NCBI GenBank assembly: GCA_014240455.1
Contig: JAAZWY010000004.1
Coordinates: forward strand, 1-36,087
Direction: 5' to 3'
DNA: 36,087 nucleotides
Origin: Nanobdellota archaeon
GTDB lineage: Archaea; Nanobdellota; Nanobdellia; UBA10117; ARS21
In this document: one piece after another, positions 18,080-28,948 of the stretch
How the letters are laid out: every line of letters starts with the position of its first letter
Position numbering within the stretch: position 1 is the stretch's first letter
Made by a program: the position numbers and the translations under genes
Notes under the pieces: generated by a model
The model's database searches: none
The model's input: only the letters and a program-made list of their open reading frames with translations
Told to the model about the DNA's origin: nothing

Positions 18080-18775
18080 ATGGAACGATGTAGTACGGGG
18101 TCTAAACTTATAGATAATATTCTTGAAGGTGGTTTAGAAAATGAAGTGACTACAACAATCTACGGACCCAGTGGTTCGGGAAAAACAAATATTGCAATTC
18201 TCGCAGCGCTTTACAATGCGAAAGATAGTAAAATTATTTTCATTGACACAGAAGGTGGATTCTCTATTGACCGAGTGAAACAAATGTTTCCTGAAGATCA
18301 CGAGCGTAGGCTAAAAAACCTAATAATTTTCAAACCAACAACATTTACTGAACAAACCGAATTGTTCAGAAATCTTGAAAAATTTGCAAACGAACACGAA
18401 CCGAGCCTAATTGTAGTTGACTCACTATCAATGCTTTACAGATTAGAACTTGGTGAACGAGAAGCTTACGAAGTTAACAAAGAAATGGCTCGTCAATTAA
18501 GCACACTTAGAAAGATATCTCACAAACTAACCATTCCAATATTACTAACAAATCAAGTTTATGCTAATTTTGAAAGAAAAAATGACATTAAAATGGTCGG
18601 TGGTGATTTAATGAAATATACTTCAAAATGTATAATCAAATTGGAATTGGGAGAAACTGGTCGAATTCTTAAACTTCTAAAACATCGCTCAATTCCGATT
18701 AAAGAAGTTCAATTTAAAATTACACAAACAAATATTGAAGAATCTACTGAACGAAGGAAGTTCAATTTGTTCTAA
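18080..18775 (+). CDS. radB: RadA paralog RadB
   Basis: RecA core without N-domain: GPSGSGKT, FIDTEGGFS, VVDSLS, TNQVY, and the RadB-typical KHR motif. Confidence 0.93.
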   Translation: MERCSTGSKLIDNILEGGLENEVTTTIYGPSGSGKTNIAILAALYNAKDSKIIFIDTEGGFSIDRVKQMFPEDHERRLKNLIIFKPTTFTEQTELFRNLEKFANEHEPSLIVVDSLSMLYRLELGEREAYEVNKEMARQLSTLRKISHKLTIPILLTNQVYANFERKNDIKMVGGDLMKYTSKCIIKLELGETGRILKLLKHRSIPIKEVQFKITQTNIEESTERRKFNLF

Positions 18776-18915
18776 AACATATAGTAGAAAATTACAATAA
18801 AAACTAAAAACGCTGCAACATACCAAAGCCGGTTCCACTTATGATCTTTCCAATTGGCCAACAATTCGTCTTCATTGACATTCTCTAAATCTTGTTCAAC
18901 TGTTTTCGGATTCAT
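18772..18915 (-). CDS. Small tail-anchored membrane protein (47 aa)
   Basis: MNPKTVEQDLENVNEDELLANWKDHKWNRLWYVAAFLVFIVIFYYMF*; ATG 18915 overlaps the topA end by 20 nt. The longer track start is unlikely. Confidence 0.6.
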   Translation of the reverse strand: MNPKTVEQDLENVNEDELLANWKDHKWNRLWYVAAFLVFIVIFYYMF

Positions 18916-20932
18916 CTTTCTTCTTACTCTCACAATCAGGATTTGGACAAAACAACCAAGGTTTTCTTCGACCAGTTCTCGCTTGTAGTATTTGTATATT
19001 ACAATGCTCACACTTTTTATTTTTTACTACACTCAAAATTCCACGTTGAGGTAACGGCCAAGTGAATTTACATTTTGGATAACCTGAACAAGCAATGAAT
19101 CTCTTTTTTGAAGCTCGAGAACGTCGAACAACCAAGTCATTTTTCTTACATTTAACACACTTGAACAAAGTAACTTGTTTTTTCTTAGTTTCAACAAAAC
19201 TAGCTGAGAGTGCCTTACCTATTGCTTCGGAACTCTCTTTCAATTGAGCATAAAGTTTTGTAACTGAATCTTTTCCAACTTTAATAACTGCTTCAGGTTT
19301 AACTTTTCCTTCACGGATACCGTCCATTCCCTTTTCAAAATTTCTAGTCAACTTAGAACTCAAAACTTCAGGAGCATGTTTCTTGAAAATGTTGAAAACT
19401 TTCATTCCGAACTCAGTAACTTCCATTGGATTTCCTCGAATATAATTTCTCTTAACCAAAGTTTCAATTATTTGAGAACGCGTAGCTTTGGTTCCTAAAT
19501 TTAACTTCTCTAACAATTTGATTAGTGATGCAACATTATATCTTGCAGGCGGTTGTGTTTCTTTGTCCAACAACTCAGTATTCTGATTCAATGCTTGTCC
19601 AACTTTTAGAACTGGTAATTCCAATTCTTTACGTAACGCATATGGACCGTACCATTTCTGCCAAGCAATCTTAGTTGTAACAGTTCCCGAAAATTTGAAA
19701 ATCTCTTTTTCGATATCAAGTTTAACAGCCGTAGTTTCACGTTCACCATCTTGCCCAAAGACTGAAAAGAATCTCCTAACAATTAGATCGTAGATTTTTC
19801 GATCTGGATCTCCAAGCGCTCCTACTCGATCTCCAGTTGGATGAATTGCCGGATGTGCCGGATCAGATTTCCGACCTTGCTTCGGAATCAAACGAGTAGA
19901 TAAAACTTCTTTAGCAAGTTCATGATAAGTTGGATTTGTACCCAATTTAGATATTATTTTCTTAAAATTCAGAGCCTTTGGTAATTTCTGACTTGAGGTT
20001 CGAGGGTATGAAATTAACGCTTTGGTGTAAAGAGTCTGTGCAATTTTCAAAGTCATTGACGGACTATATTTGAAAACTCGGTAAGCTTCAATTTGTAATG
20101 AGGTTAAATCAAATGGAACTGGAACTAGTACTTTTTGCTTGCGTTTTTTGATGTCAACAATTCTTCCTAGACGATCTTTAACTTTCGTAAAGATTTTATC
20201 TGCTTCAGGTTTCTTCCAGAATTTATCTTTCTCATGAACTGCTTGAAACTTTTGTGAATTTAACCAAAGGTTTGCAATGATCTGCCAGTAAGGATCTGGT
20301 TTAAACTTCTTAATTTCAATTTCGCGTTCAGCCAAAATTGCTAATGCTGGTCCTTGAACTCTACCAATACTCAAGGGTTGATATCGGTTCAAAGCTTTAG
20401 ACAAAGAACTTGAAATTATTTGAGATAGATTAATTCCATAATACCAATCAAGTGTGTGACGGACAACTCCTGCTTTAGCTTGTCCCCAATTCAAAGTATT
20501 AGATTTATTCTTGTAAGCATCTTGTAATTCTGAAACTGTAAGTGTAGAAAACTTCATTCGGTTTGCATCTTTCAAACCCAATAATTCTCGAACAATATTT
20601 AACCCGATAACTTCACCTTCAAGATCATAGTCTGTTGCAACAGTAACTATATTTGCTTTCTTTCCAAGACTCTTCAAAGTTTTGAAATAAGGTTTCTGAA
20701 ACGAACCGCCACGACTTTCGTAAGAAGGTTGCCATGCGAGATTAAAAACTGGATAAAATCTTTCAGTTTTCTTCAAACCAAATAAATGTCCAACTGCTGA
20801 ACCAATCAAAATTTTACCTTTATCTGCTTCCCAATATTTCACGCCATTAAGACGCTTTAAATCAGCATCGCCAAAACTTGCAGCGATTTTTTCTGCTGCA
20901 GAAGGCTTCTCTGATATAATCAGCTCAACCAT
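18896..20932 (-). CDS. topA: Type IA DNA topoisomerase (archaeal Topo I/III) with C-terminal Zn ribbons
   Basis: ISEKP, ATDYDLEGEVIG (Toprim), SIGRVQGP, catalytic ISYPRTSS, AHPAIHPT, LGTKATR, CxxC repeats. Confidence 0.96.
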   Translation of the reverse strand: MVELIISEKPSAAEKIAASFGDADLKRLNGVKYWEADKGKILIGSAVGHLFGLKKTERFYPVFNLAWQPSYESRGGSFQKPYFKTLKSLGKKANIVTVATDYDLEGEVIGLNIVRELLGLKDANRMKFSTLTVSELQDAYKNKSNTLNWGQAKAGVVRHTLDWYYGINLSQIISSSLSKALNRYQPLSIGRVQGPALAILAEREIEIKKFKPDPYWQIIANLWLNSQKFQAVHEKDKFWKKPEADKIFTKVKDRLGRIVDIKKRKQKVLVPVPFDLTSLQIEAYRVFKYSPSMTLKIAQTLYTKALISYPRTSSQKLPKALNFKKIISKLGTNPTYHELAKEVLSTRLIPKQGRKSDPAHPAIHPTGDRVGALGDPDRKIYDLIVRRFFSVFGQDGERETTAVKLDIEKEIFKFSGTVTTKIAWQKWYGPYALRKELELPVLKVGQALNQNTELLDKETQPPARYNVASLIKLLEKLNLGTKATRSQIIETLVKRNYIRGNPMEVTEFGMKVFNIFKKHAPEVLSSKLTRNFEKGMDGIREGKVKPEAVIKVGKDSVTKLYAQLKESSEAIGKALSASFVETKKKQVTLFKCVKCKKNDLVVRRSRASKKRFIACSGYPKCKFTWPLPQRGILSVVKNKKCEHCNIQILQARTGRRKPWLFCPNPDCESKKKDESENS

Positions 20933-20975
20933 AATCTTACCATTAAACACCCAGTTTTAAAATCTACTAAAGTAA

Positions 20976-21620
20976 TTATTTTCTAGAGATAGTTATTTTG
21001 TCAGAAATGTTAATTATTCTCCCTTCTGGACCTGGATTTGTAGTAATTGTTTTTCCAATCTTATCTCGCGTATTGAAGCATTCATGAATGTGTCCGCAAA
21101 TATGTAAATCAATTGGATTTTTCTTAATAAAGTCAGTAATATTTGTAGCTCCAACATGTTCTTTTATGTCCGTCATAAAATCACACTTAGTTCCGTGGGC
21201 GGGACGGTGTGTCAGGAACACAACTTTTCCTTTGGGATGACTTTTCTTAAAGTTCTTTATCTTTAGCGATAAGTGTTTCTTTGAAATCTCCAGCGTCGGT
21301 TCAGTTTTTCCATAAATTCCACCACCGCTTCCAACAAACAGTACTCCTTTTACAACAATTGCAGTTTGATGAACTAACAAAGCTTCTGGTTTCTTAGCAA
21401 AAACGTATAATGACTTCTCATTATCTTCGTGATTTCCTGGAATAAAGACAAAAGGTTTACTAATCAAAAAGTTAGACATAATATTCTCAAGGTTTTTTCC
21501 AAAGACAGTAAAATCTCCAGTACAAACTAGAACATCTGGACCTTCGTTCTTAATTTTCTTAAGAATTTTAGAAATAATCTTCTTATCTCCGTGGAAATCT
21601 GTAAATGCTAGAATTTTCAT
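20976..21620 (-). CDS. Calcineurin-like metallophosphoesterase
   Basis: TDFHG, TGDF, PGNHE, THRP, CGHIHE motifs; ATGA overlap with serS. Confidence 0.92.
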   Translation of the reverse strand: MKILAFTDFHGDKKIISKILKKIKNEGPDVLVCTGDFTVFGKNLENIMSNFLISKPFVFIPGNHEDNEKSLYVFAKKPEALLVHQTAIVVKGVLFVGSGGGIYGKTEPTLEISKKHLSLKIKNFKKSHPKGKVVFLTHRPAHGTKCDFMTDIKEHVGATNITDFIKKNPIDLHICGHIHECFNTRDKIGKTITTNPGPEGRIINISDKITISRK

Positions 21621-22888
21621 TTTGATTTGATTGCTTTGAATCCAGTATATTTCCAAAGTGCTTTAGGAATTTTAACAGATCCATCTTTTTGTTGATTGTT
21701 TTCAAGTAGACATGCCATCGTTCGCTCACTTGCCACTGCAGTACAGTTCAATGTATGTACTACTTTTCTCCGTCCGTCTCTATCGTCGAACTTAACATTA
21801 ACTTTTCGAGCTTGATAATCTGTAACATTGGTTCCAGAACACAATTCACGATATTTATTTTGTGCCGGAAACCAACCTTCAATATCATATTTCTTAGAAC
21901 CACTATCATTCATTTCTCCCGACGCAATATTTACAATTTGATATGGAATTTCTAGTCCTTTGAAAATATCTTCAGTAACTTTAATCATCTTTTCATGCCA
22001 TTTCCAACTTTCATCTGGATGACAGAAAACATATTGTTCAATTTTATCAAATTGATGAACTCTGAAAATACCTTTTGTATCTTTTCCATGACTTCCTGCT
22101 TCTTTTCTAAAACATGAAGAATAGGCAGTATAGGCCTTAGGTAAATCTTTCCAATTAAACACATCATTCATATGGAATGTTGCAAGAGTTTGTTCAGAAG
22201 TTGCAATCAGATACAAATCTTCATCTTGAATTTTGTACAATTGTTCTTCAAAATCGCCGAGTTCAGCTGCAGCTTTCATTGGTTCGTGTCGCATAAGAAC
22301 TGGCGTCCACATGGGAGTAAATCCTTGTTTAACTAAAATATCCATTGCATATTTTAGAATTGCAAAATTTAGTAAAACTAATTCATTCTTCAAATAATAA
22401 AATCGTGCACCTGAAACCTTTGCTGCCTTATCGAAATCAGCCAAGTCTAAGTCAAGTAATAAATCAACTTGATGTTTAATTGGGAATCTAAATTTTGGGA
22501 TCCGGCCTCTTTTTCGTACAATCTCATTTCCATCTTCAGTTTTAGAAACTGGGACTGATTTGTGTAAAATATTTCCGACCGTGTATCGTAATTCATCTCT
22601 TTGAATAATTAATTTATCAGATTTAACTTGCAAATCTTTGATGTCTTGAACAACTTTCTTCATTGCACGAATTTTGGTTGCTCCACTCTTTCCTGATTTC
22701 TTTAGTGCACTAATTTCTTTAGATACTTTATTTCGTTCAGCTTTCAACTTCTCCATATTGTGGATAGTTTTTCGCCATTTGTTGTCAATTCGTATAACTT
22801 GATCTACAAGTTTTGGATCTTTAAATCGCATCTTCTCAGAACCTCGAATAAGGTCTGGTTTTTCACGAAATAATTTGATATCTAACAT
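21617..22888 (-). CDS. serS: Seryl-tRNA synthetase (standard type)
   Basis: N-terminal coiled coil, LIATSEQ, CFRKEAGSHGKDTKGIFRVHQFDKIEQ, HTLNCT, ENNQQKDG. Confidence 0.97.
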   Translation of the reverse strand: MLDIKLFREKPDLIRGSEKMRFKDPKLVDQVIRIDNKWRKTIHNMEKLKAERNKVSKEISALKKSGKSGATKIRAMKKVVQDIKDLQVKSDKLIIQRDELRYTVGNILHKSVPVSKTEDGNEIVRKRGRIPKFRFPIKHQVDLLLDLDLADFDKAAKVSGARFYYLKNELVLLNFAILKYAMDILVKQGFTPMWTPVLMRHEPMKAAAELGDFEEQLYKIQDEDLYLIATSEQTLATFHMNDVFNWKDLPKAYTAYSSCFRKEAGSHGKDTKGIFRVHQFDKIEQYVFCHPDESWKWHEKMIKVTEDIFKGLEIPYQIVNIASGEMNDSGSKKYDIEGWFPAQNKYRELCSGTNVTDYQARKVNVKFDDRDGRRKVVHTLNCTAVASERTMACLLENNQQKDGSVKIPKALWKYTGFKAIKSK

Positions 22889-22942
22889 AATCAAACATAA
22901 GCTTACAGGCTTTTAAGGATTACGACATGACTAAGTGAAAAA

Positions 22943-24388
22943 TTAATTCTTTCTTAACCATTCCAACATAAGTCGAACTCCGAATCCAGTTCCATAGACT
23001 GGCCAATAATGTTTGCGTTTAGAACCTCTGGCCGTTCCAGCAATATCAATATGTGTCCAAGGAGTTTCGCCAACAAAGTTTTTCAAAAATAACGCAGCAG
23101 TTATTGCACCACCATAGTTTGAACTTGAAATATTATTCAAATCAGCAATTTTGGATTTCAATAATTCATTATAATCATCAGGTAAAGGCATTCTCCAAAC
23201 TTTTTCTCCGACATAATCTCCTGCTTCAAGAATTTTATCTGCAACTTTGTCTGTAGAAAACAAACCAGCATAATCTTCTCCCAGTGCTGCAACAATTGAT
23301 CCAGTTAGCGTTGCAAAATCTACAATTCTGGAGGGTTTGTAATTCTTCACAACATAAGCCATAGCATCTGCAAGAGCCAGTCTTCCTTCTGCATCAGTAT
23401 TTCCAATTTCTACGGTCTTTCCAAGATAAGAATCAAGTATTGTTCCGGGTTTGTATGCTTTTGTTCCAACTGCATTCTCCACAACTGGTGCAACTGCCAA
23501 AATATTTTTCTTTAATTTTAATTCTGCAGCGGCTCTTATTACGCCCAGCACGACTGCAGCACCAGACATATCAGTATTCATTTCCTTCATGGAACGAAGT
23601 TTGATGTCCAATCCGCCAGTATCATAAGTAACTCCCTTACCGACAATAGCAATTCGTTCCTTTGAACTTGGATCGCCTTTGTATTCAAGAATTATTAAGT
23701 GTGGTTCAAACCTGCTTCCTTGGCCAACCCCTAAAAGAAGCCCAAGACCTTTGCGTTTCAATGCAGCTTTATCTAACAATTCCAGATGTAATCTATATTT
23801 TGTTGACATACTCTTTGCCAAATCTGCTAAATATTCTGGATTAACAACATCTGCATCATCTGTTTGTAAATCTCTAACAAAATTAGTTGCTTCACAACTT
23901 ATTTCTGAGAATTCAACTGCCTTCTTGAAATCATCTTTAATTTCATGAACGTACATCTCAATTTTCTGAACCATAAGAAACTTAGACTCCTTTTCAGTTT
24001 TGTATTTATCAAAAGAATAATTTGATAGTCTAAATCCGTCTGAAAGTGCTCGAACAATATCAACATCATATTCTGCAAAAGTTGCAAATTCCTTGACTTT
24101 TAATTTTGCAAACGACTGCAAACCTACATTTGCTGCTCTACGAAAGACTTCATTATCTAATTCTTCGCGCTTACCTAGTCCAACAATAAGAATTCGATTG
24201 AAACTTCGACCTGAAATTGGAACTAGAAGAGATTCATATTTTTTGCCTTTAAAATTTCCTACATGAATTGAATTATCTAACAAATCTACCAATTTACTAT
24301 CTAAATTTTTGATTTGTTCAACAGTTAGAAAAAGTAAAATGCTGCTCTTGCCTTCGTAGATATCTCCTTCTCGCAAGTTTATTTTCAT
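22943..24388 (-). CDS. pepA: M17 leucyl aminopeptidase
   Basis: VGKGVTYDTGG, DMSGAA, NTDAEGRLALAD, ATLTG, WTHIDIAG. Confidence 0.96.
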   Translation of the reverse strand: MKINLREGDIYEGKSSILLFLTVEQIKNLDSKLVDLLDNSIHVGNFKGKKYESLLVPISGRSFNRILIVGLGKREELDNEVFRRAANVGLQSFAKLKVKEFATFAEYDVDIVRALSDGFRLSNYSFDKYKTEKESKFLMVQKIEMYVHEIKDDFKKAVEFSEISCEATNFVRDLQTDDADVVNPEYLADLAKSMSTKYRLHLELLDKAALKRKGLGLLLGVGQGSRFEPHLIILEYKGDPSSKERIAIVGKGVTYDTGGLDIKLRSMKEMNTDMSGAAVVLGVIRAAAELKLKKNILAVAPVVENAVGTKAYKPGTILDSYLGKTVEIGNTDAEGRLALADAMAYVVKNYKPSRIVDFATLTGSIVAALGEDYAGLFSTDKVADKILEAGDYVGEKVWRMPLPDDYNELLKSKIADLNNISSSNYGGAITAALFLKNFVGETPWTHIDIAGTARGSKRKHYWPVYGTGFGVRLMLEWLRKN

Positions 24389-24424
24389 AACAAAAATAAC
24401 CAGACTGAATTTAAAACAATTGTG

Positions 24425-24580
24425 TCACTCAGGTCCGAGCATCTTATTGAATTTGTCTCTGTTCTCTTCTGCAAACAATAACATCTCAACTGCATGATTT
24501 ACAAATTCTTCAACAGTTTTAAAATCCGAACGAGATAGAACGGCTTCAATTCTTTTTAGTTTTTCGGGATTTAGCTCCAT
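24425..24580 (-). CDS. Small CopG/ribbon-helix-helix-like protein (51 aa), not in ORF track
   Basis: [51 protein letters not shown]; F.TVEEFVN.AV pattern; fills the lon-pepA gap and overlaps the lon end. Confidence 0.7.
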   Translation of the reverse strand: MELNPEKLKRIEAVLSRSDFKTVEEFVNHAVEMLLFAEENRDKFNKMLGPE

Positions 24581-26408
24581 TACTCTTCAATGCCTGAATC
24601 AGCTTTTTACCTTTTCGCTTGTCAAGAGAAATTTCAAGAACTTCAACTAAGTTCTCTGCAAAGTGAATTTTAATTTTGCGTTTAGCTACAGGACTTAAAA
24701 CAATATCTTTCTTATTTTGTGCGGGAACAATAACTTCTTTTAACCCAGCTTCAATTGCAGCTTCAATTTTCGGAGTTACTCCTCCAACAGGTAAAACTTC
24801 TCCACGAACCGATAAACTTCCAGTCATTGCGACATCCTGTCTAATTGGGACTTCTTTTAATGCAGAGATAATTGAACTAGCAACTGAAACGCTTGCGGAA
24901 TCTCCTTCAATACCTTCATAAGTTTGAATAAATTGAACATACAAATCATATTTATCTTTGATATCTTCTCCAAAATGTTTCATAATTATTGCACTAACAT
25001 TATCAATTGCTTCCTTCGCAATCTTTCCAAGTTTTCCTGTAGCAATAATTTCTCGTTTCTTTCCGCCCTTTGCAACCTCACTTTCAATTGGTAATACAAT
25101 TCCTGAATCGCCAATAACTGCAAGACCATTAACTCTTCCAATTTCCGTTCCTTCGCTACGAACAATTCTATAATCTGAAATATGTTCAATATGTTTGTCT
25201 GCAAGTTGTTGTTCTAGAGTTTTTGAAATCTTTAGTGCTGCTTGAACATGTTTTAGTTCGACATATTTGCTTTTGTCTTCTTCCGCCAAATCTCCGGCTC
25301 CACGAATAATTCCTCCAAGTTCTCTAAACTTGAGTGTCAACTTATTTTTACGTCCCGCCATTCGTCTGGCGATTCTAATAATTTCATCACAAGCTTTCTT
25401 GTTGAAATGTGGAATCTTTCCGTCTTTTGAAACTTCTTGAGCTACAAATCGATAATAATATTCTCGGTTAGTTGGAGTATCTTCAATAAACTTGTCCATA
25501 ACAACCTCATACCCATATCCTCTAACTCTAGATCTTAGTGCTGGATGCATTTTCTGAATAGTATCAATATTTCCTGCTGCAACTAAAATAAATTTACATG
25601 GAACTGGATCAGTACGAACCATTGCCCCTGCACTTCGCTCAGATCTTCCAGTAATTGAGTATTTACGATCTTGCATTGCAGTAAGTAAGTCTTGTTGAGT
25701 ACTTGGATTGAGTGTTGCCACTTCATCAATAAATAATACTCCTTGATTTGCTCGATGAATCATTCCCGGTTCAACTCGTAAGTGTGCTGGAGTTCCCAGT
25801 CCACCTGATTGAAAAGGGTCGTGTCGAACATCTCCAAGTAGTGCTCCCGCATGAGCACCAGTGGCATCAATAAATGGTGCTACGTTTTTCTTTGAAGTAT
25901 CAATAAGTAATTTTGGTTCAAGAATTTGTTTGCGCTTTGCACCCATACTTGTCATAACTCCATAAAGAAGTAAAAACATCATTCCTGAAATTAGCGAAGC
26001 TGCAGCCATAATATCTCCATAAATATTCCTGATCCACCAAGGGAAAAATGCCGCAAGGATTGCAAGAAAGAAAAATACAATCGTTTGTCTTCGATTACCA
26101 ATATTTGCCCGTTCTTTGGCACGTAACATTATTTCTTGTCCTCGACCTGAAGGTAATGAACGAATCTTTGGATTATTCTCATCCTTGATATTTGGTATAA
26201 CTAAAACATCTTGTAAATTTTGCCGTGGTGCAAGTTCTGCCAAAGCTTGACCAAGCATTGACTTTCCAGTACCAGGTTCACCAATCAATAAAACATGTCT
26301 TCCTTGTTTTGCAGCTTTCTTAATAATTGAAACTGCACGAGATTGTCCAATAATTTTATCTACAAGTTTAGTTGGAACTTCAAGTTCTGACGTATTCTTA
26401 AAATCCAT
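24546..26408 (-). CDS. lonB: Archaeal membrane-anchored Lon protease
   Basis: GEPGTGKS, two TM helices inserted in the AAA domain, [13 protein letters not shown], catalytic EGDSAS and [10 protein letters not shown]. Confidence 0.96.
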   Translation of the reverse strand: MDFKNTSELEVPTKLVDKIIGQSRAVSIIKKAAKQGRHVLLIGEPGTGKSMLGQALAELAPRQNLQDVLVIPNIKDENNPKIRSLPSGRGQEIMLRAKERANIGNRRQTIVFFFLAILAAFFPWWIRNIYGDIMAAASLISGMMFLLLYGVMTSMGAKRKQILEPKLLIDTSKKNVAPFIDATGAHAGALLGDVRHDPFQSGGLGTPAHLRVEPGMIHRANQGVLFIDEVATLNPSTQQDLLTAMQDRKYSITGRSERSAGAMVRTDPVPCKFILVAAGNIDTIQKMHPALRSRVRGYGYEVVMDKFIEDTPTNREYYYRFVAQEVSKDGKIPHFNKKACDEIIRIARRMAGRKNKLTLKFRELGGIIRGAGDLAEEDKSKYVELKHVQAALKISKTLEQQLADKHIEHISDYRIVRSEGTEIGRVNGLAVIGDSGIVLPIESEVAKGGKKREIIATGKLGKIAKEAIDNVSAIIMKHFGEDIKDKYDLYVQFIQTYEGIEGDSASVSVASSIISALKEVPIRQDVAMTGSLSVRGEVLPVGGVTPKIEAAIEAGLKEVIVPAQNKKDIVLSPVAKRKIKIHFAENLVEVLEISLDKRKGKKLIQALKSNGAKSRKTKKN

Positions 26409-26455
26409 TAACTAGCGATATCATCAAAGCTTAAAAAGATATCAGAGTGACACAA

Positions 26456-26716
26456 TTAATCTTCTGAAATTGATGGTGCAGCAGATCTTGAAATTAGAAC
26501 TACGTCGCCGATAGCTTTGACGTGGTGGTGTGGTAAAATTACTCCTTTTGTACCTGGCATTGCTTTGGACAAATAAGATTTTGAAGTGGATCTGACTTTC
26601 CAAGAGTCAACCTTATTGGAATGTAGAATTGCTTCCTCAATTATTCCAAAAAATTCTCCTGCATCTGTGTAAACAGATAATCCTTGTACACTGCTCAAGT
26701 TTTTTGTGCTTAACAT
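26456..26716 (-). CDS. PRC-barrel domain protein (CdpB-like)
   Basis: G..VYTDAGEFFGIIEE and ILP...VKAIGDVVLI motifs. Confidence 0.87.
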   Translation of the reverse strand: MLSTKNLSSVQGLSVYTDAGEFFGIIEEAILHSNKVDSWKVRSTSKSYLSKAMPGTKGVILPHHHVKAIGDVVLISRSAAPSISED

Positions 26717-26764
26717 ACCAATTCAATAGTGTTTTTAAATAAAAGCATTTCTACTAATTAGTAT

Positions 26765-27472
26765 ATGAAACTAAATGTCTCTCGTGCTCAAAAAAAATCA
26801 AATCCGCGAATCAGAATCATCGGAACATCTCACATTTCTGAACAAAGCGTTACTGAAATCAAAAAAGTTGTGGCAGAATTTAAACCAGATATTGTTGCAG
26901 TCGAACTTGACTCTCAAAGATATGCTGCATTGATGTCAAAACGTAGAAGAAAAATGAATCTACGTAATGCGTTGAAACTTGGACTTTTTGGTTTTTTGTT
27001 TTACATTATTGGTTCAATTTCGCAAAAAATTCTTGGGAAGAAAACAGGGCAACAACCGGGAATCGATATGAAAACAGGAATCTTAGAAGCAAAAAAAGCT
27101 GGAGCAAAGGTTGCGTTGATTGATCGAGACATCTCTATAACGCTCTACCGGTTATCAAAAAAGGTTCCAGCAAGAGAAAAATCAAAATTGGTTTTTTACT
27201 TATTGTTTGGAGGCTTCAGTAAAAACAAAATAAATTTGGATTTGTCAAAAGTTCCAAAAGATAAATTGGTTCATAAATTAATCTCCGAATTGAGTCATAA
27301 ATTTCCAGGATTTTATAGAGTTCTTGTAGCCGAACGAGATACATACATGCAAAATCAAGTTCAACTTATTTCTCATAAATTCCCAGATTCAAAACTTCTT
27401 ATAATTATTGGTGCAGGGCACAAGGAAAAAATGAAAAAATTCGTCAGTAAACTAATTAATACAAATAACTAA
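26765..27472 (+). CDS. TraB/PrgY/GumN-family protein
   Basis: IGTSHIS, VAVELD..R, PGIDM, LIDRDI..T, LVAERD.YM, IGAGH. Confidence 0.92.
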   Translation: MKLNVSRAQKKSNPRIRIIGTSHISEQSVTEIKKVVAEFKPDIVAVELDSQRYAALMSKRRRKMNLRNALKLGLFGFLFYIIGSISQKILGKKTGQQPGIDMKTGILEAKKAGAKVALIDRDISITLYRLSKKVPAREKSKLVFYLLFGGFSKNKINLDLSKVPKDKLVHKLISELSHKFPGFYRVLVAERDTYMQNQVQLISHKFPDSKLLIIIGAGHKEKMKKFVSKLINTNN

Positions 27473-27496
27473 ATAGTACATTCACAAAAACCATAC

Positions 27497-28948
27497 ATGA
27501 AATTTCTGAAAGATAAACTCAAACTTAGAACTTATCAAGAACAGATTTTGAGTAAGATTGTGAACAAAAATTCTTTTGTAGTGCTCCCTACAGGTACTGG
27601 AAAAACAATAATTGCTATAGCGCTAGCCTCCTTGAACATCGATAAAGGTAAAATTCTAATCATGGCTCCAACAAAACCACTAACGGTTCAACATGAAAAA
27701 TCTTTCAAAGAATATTTTCAACCGGATGAAGAAATTGTACATTTGACTGGAGCAATTTCACCAATAAAACGAAAAGAGTTGTGGAAAAACTCAAAGATAA
27801 TTTGTGCAACACCTCAAACAATAGAATCTGATCTAATTAAAAGATATTTCAAACCCGGCGATATTTCATTAGCAGTTTTCGACGAAGCACATCGTACAAC
27901 TGGCGACTATGCTTATGTTTGGTTAGCAAAACAGTTTAGTGAAACTTCACAAATACTTGCGCTTTCTGCAAGTCCTGCTTCCGATCAGCAAAGACTTGAT
28001 GAAATTAAAACAAATTTATTCATTGATAATTTTGAATTGCTTGCTGAGGAAAATCCTCACCTTAAAAAACATCTTAAGAAAAAGGAAATTGAACGCATGA
28101 TGATTGAACTTCCTTCTGACTACAAGAAAATTAAAACATATCTTCAAAGTATATTAACAAAACATGTTAATATTTTATATACGCGAGGTTCGCTGAAAAG
28201 TCAAGATATTTCTCACTTAAGAAAACTTGAACTTCTGAAAACACAAAAGGCATTATTTGCTCAACGAGAAAAAGGACCAGATACTTACTTCCTAGTTTCT
28301 GAATTGACCGTATTGATCAAAATGTTGCATTTGATTGAAATGTTAGAAACACAAAACCTTCACACTTTCAGTGCGTCGATGGAAAAAATTGAATCTCAAG
28401 CTAAATCAACTAAAGCATCTCGGCGAATTATTAATGAATGGGATTTCAAACGTGCAAAAATAACTACTCAAAAGCTCATTGAAGGAGGTGTCGATCACCC
28501 AAAGATTGCAAAAATCTTGGAATTGACTCAAAACAAAAATGAAAAGGTGATAATCTTCTCGCAACTAAGAAAAACAGTTGAATTTTTGACGGAACAAATT
28601 AATCTTCACACGCAAAGTACGGCAAAGGCTTTCGTTGGACAGAAAGAAGGTATGACTCAGAAAAAACAACTTGAAACTTTGGAACAATTCAAAGATGGTG
28701 AATTTAATGTTCTTGTAGCAACATCAGTGAGTGAAGAAGGTCTTCATATTGAAAATGCAGATATTGGAATTTTCTTTGAGCCAGTACCTTCTGCATTGAG
28801 AACCATACAGCGGAGAGGTAGAATTGGAAGAGTGAACATTGGTAAGGTATATATGTTAATAACAAAGGACACAATTGACGAAAAATATTATTGGGTTTCA
28901 TATCACAAAGAACGTCGAATGAAAGAACTCCTTGAAAATGGATCTTAA
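27497..28948 (+). CDS. Hef/FANCM-like SF2 helicase (helicase half only)
   Basis: LPTGTGKT, APTKPL..QH, DEAHRTTGDYAY, SASP, ATSVSEEGL, IQRRGRIGR. Confidence 0.92.
   Translation: MKFLKDKLKLRTYQEQILSKIVNKNSFVVLPTGTGKTIIAIALASLNIDKGKILIMAPTKPLTVQHEKSFKEYFQPDEEIVHLTGAISPIKRKELWKNSKIICATPQTIESDLIKRYFKPGDISLAVFDEAHRTTGDYAYVWLAKQFSETSQILALSASPASDQQRLDEIKTNLFIDNFELLAEENPHLKKHLKKKEIERMMIELPSDYKKIKTYLQSILTKHVNILYTRGSLKSQDISHLRKLELLKTQKALFAQREKGPDTYFLVSELTVLIKMLHLIEMLETQNLHTFSASMEKIESQAKSTKASRRIINEWDFKRAKITTQKLIEGGVDHPKIAKILELTQNKNEKVIIFSQLRKTVEFLTEQINLHTQSTAKAFVGQKEGMTQKKQLETLEQFKDGEFNVLVATSVSEEGLHIENADIGIFFEPVPSALRTIQRRGRIGRVNIGKVYMLITKDTIDEKYYWVSYHKERRMKELLENGS

Noticed and set aside
26765-27472. TraB-family gene as evidence of a conjugative element
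   Set aside because: This family is widespread on archaeal chromosomes; no relaxase, T4SS or integrase genes nearby.
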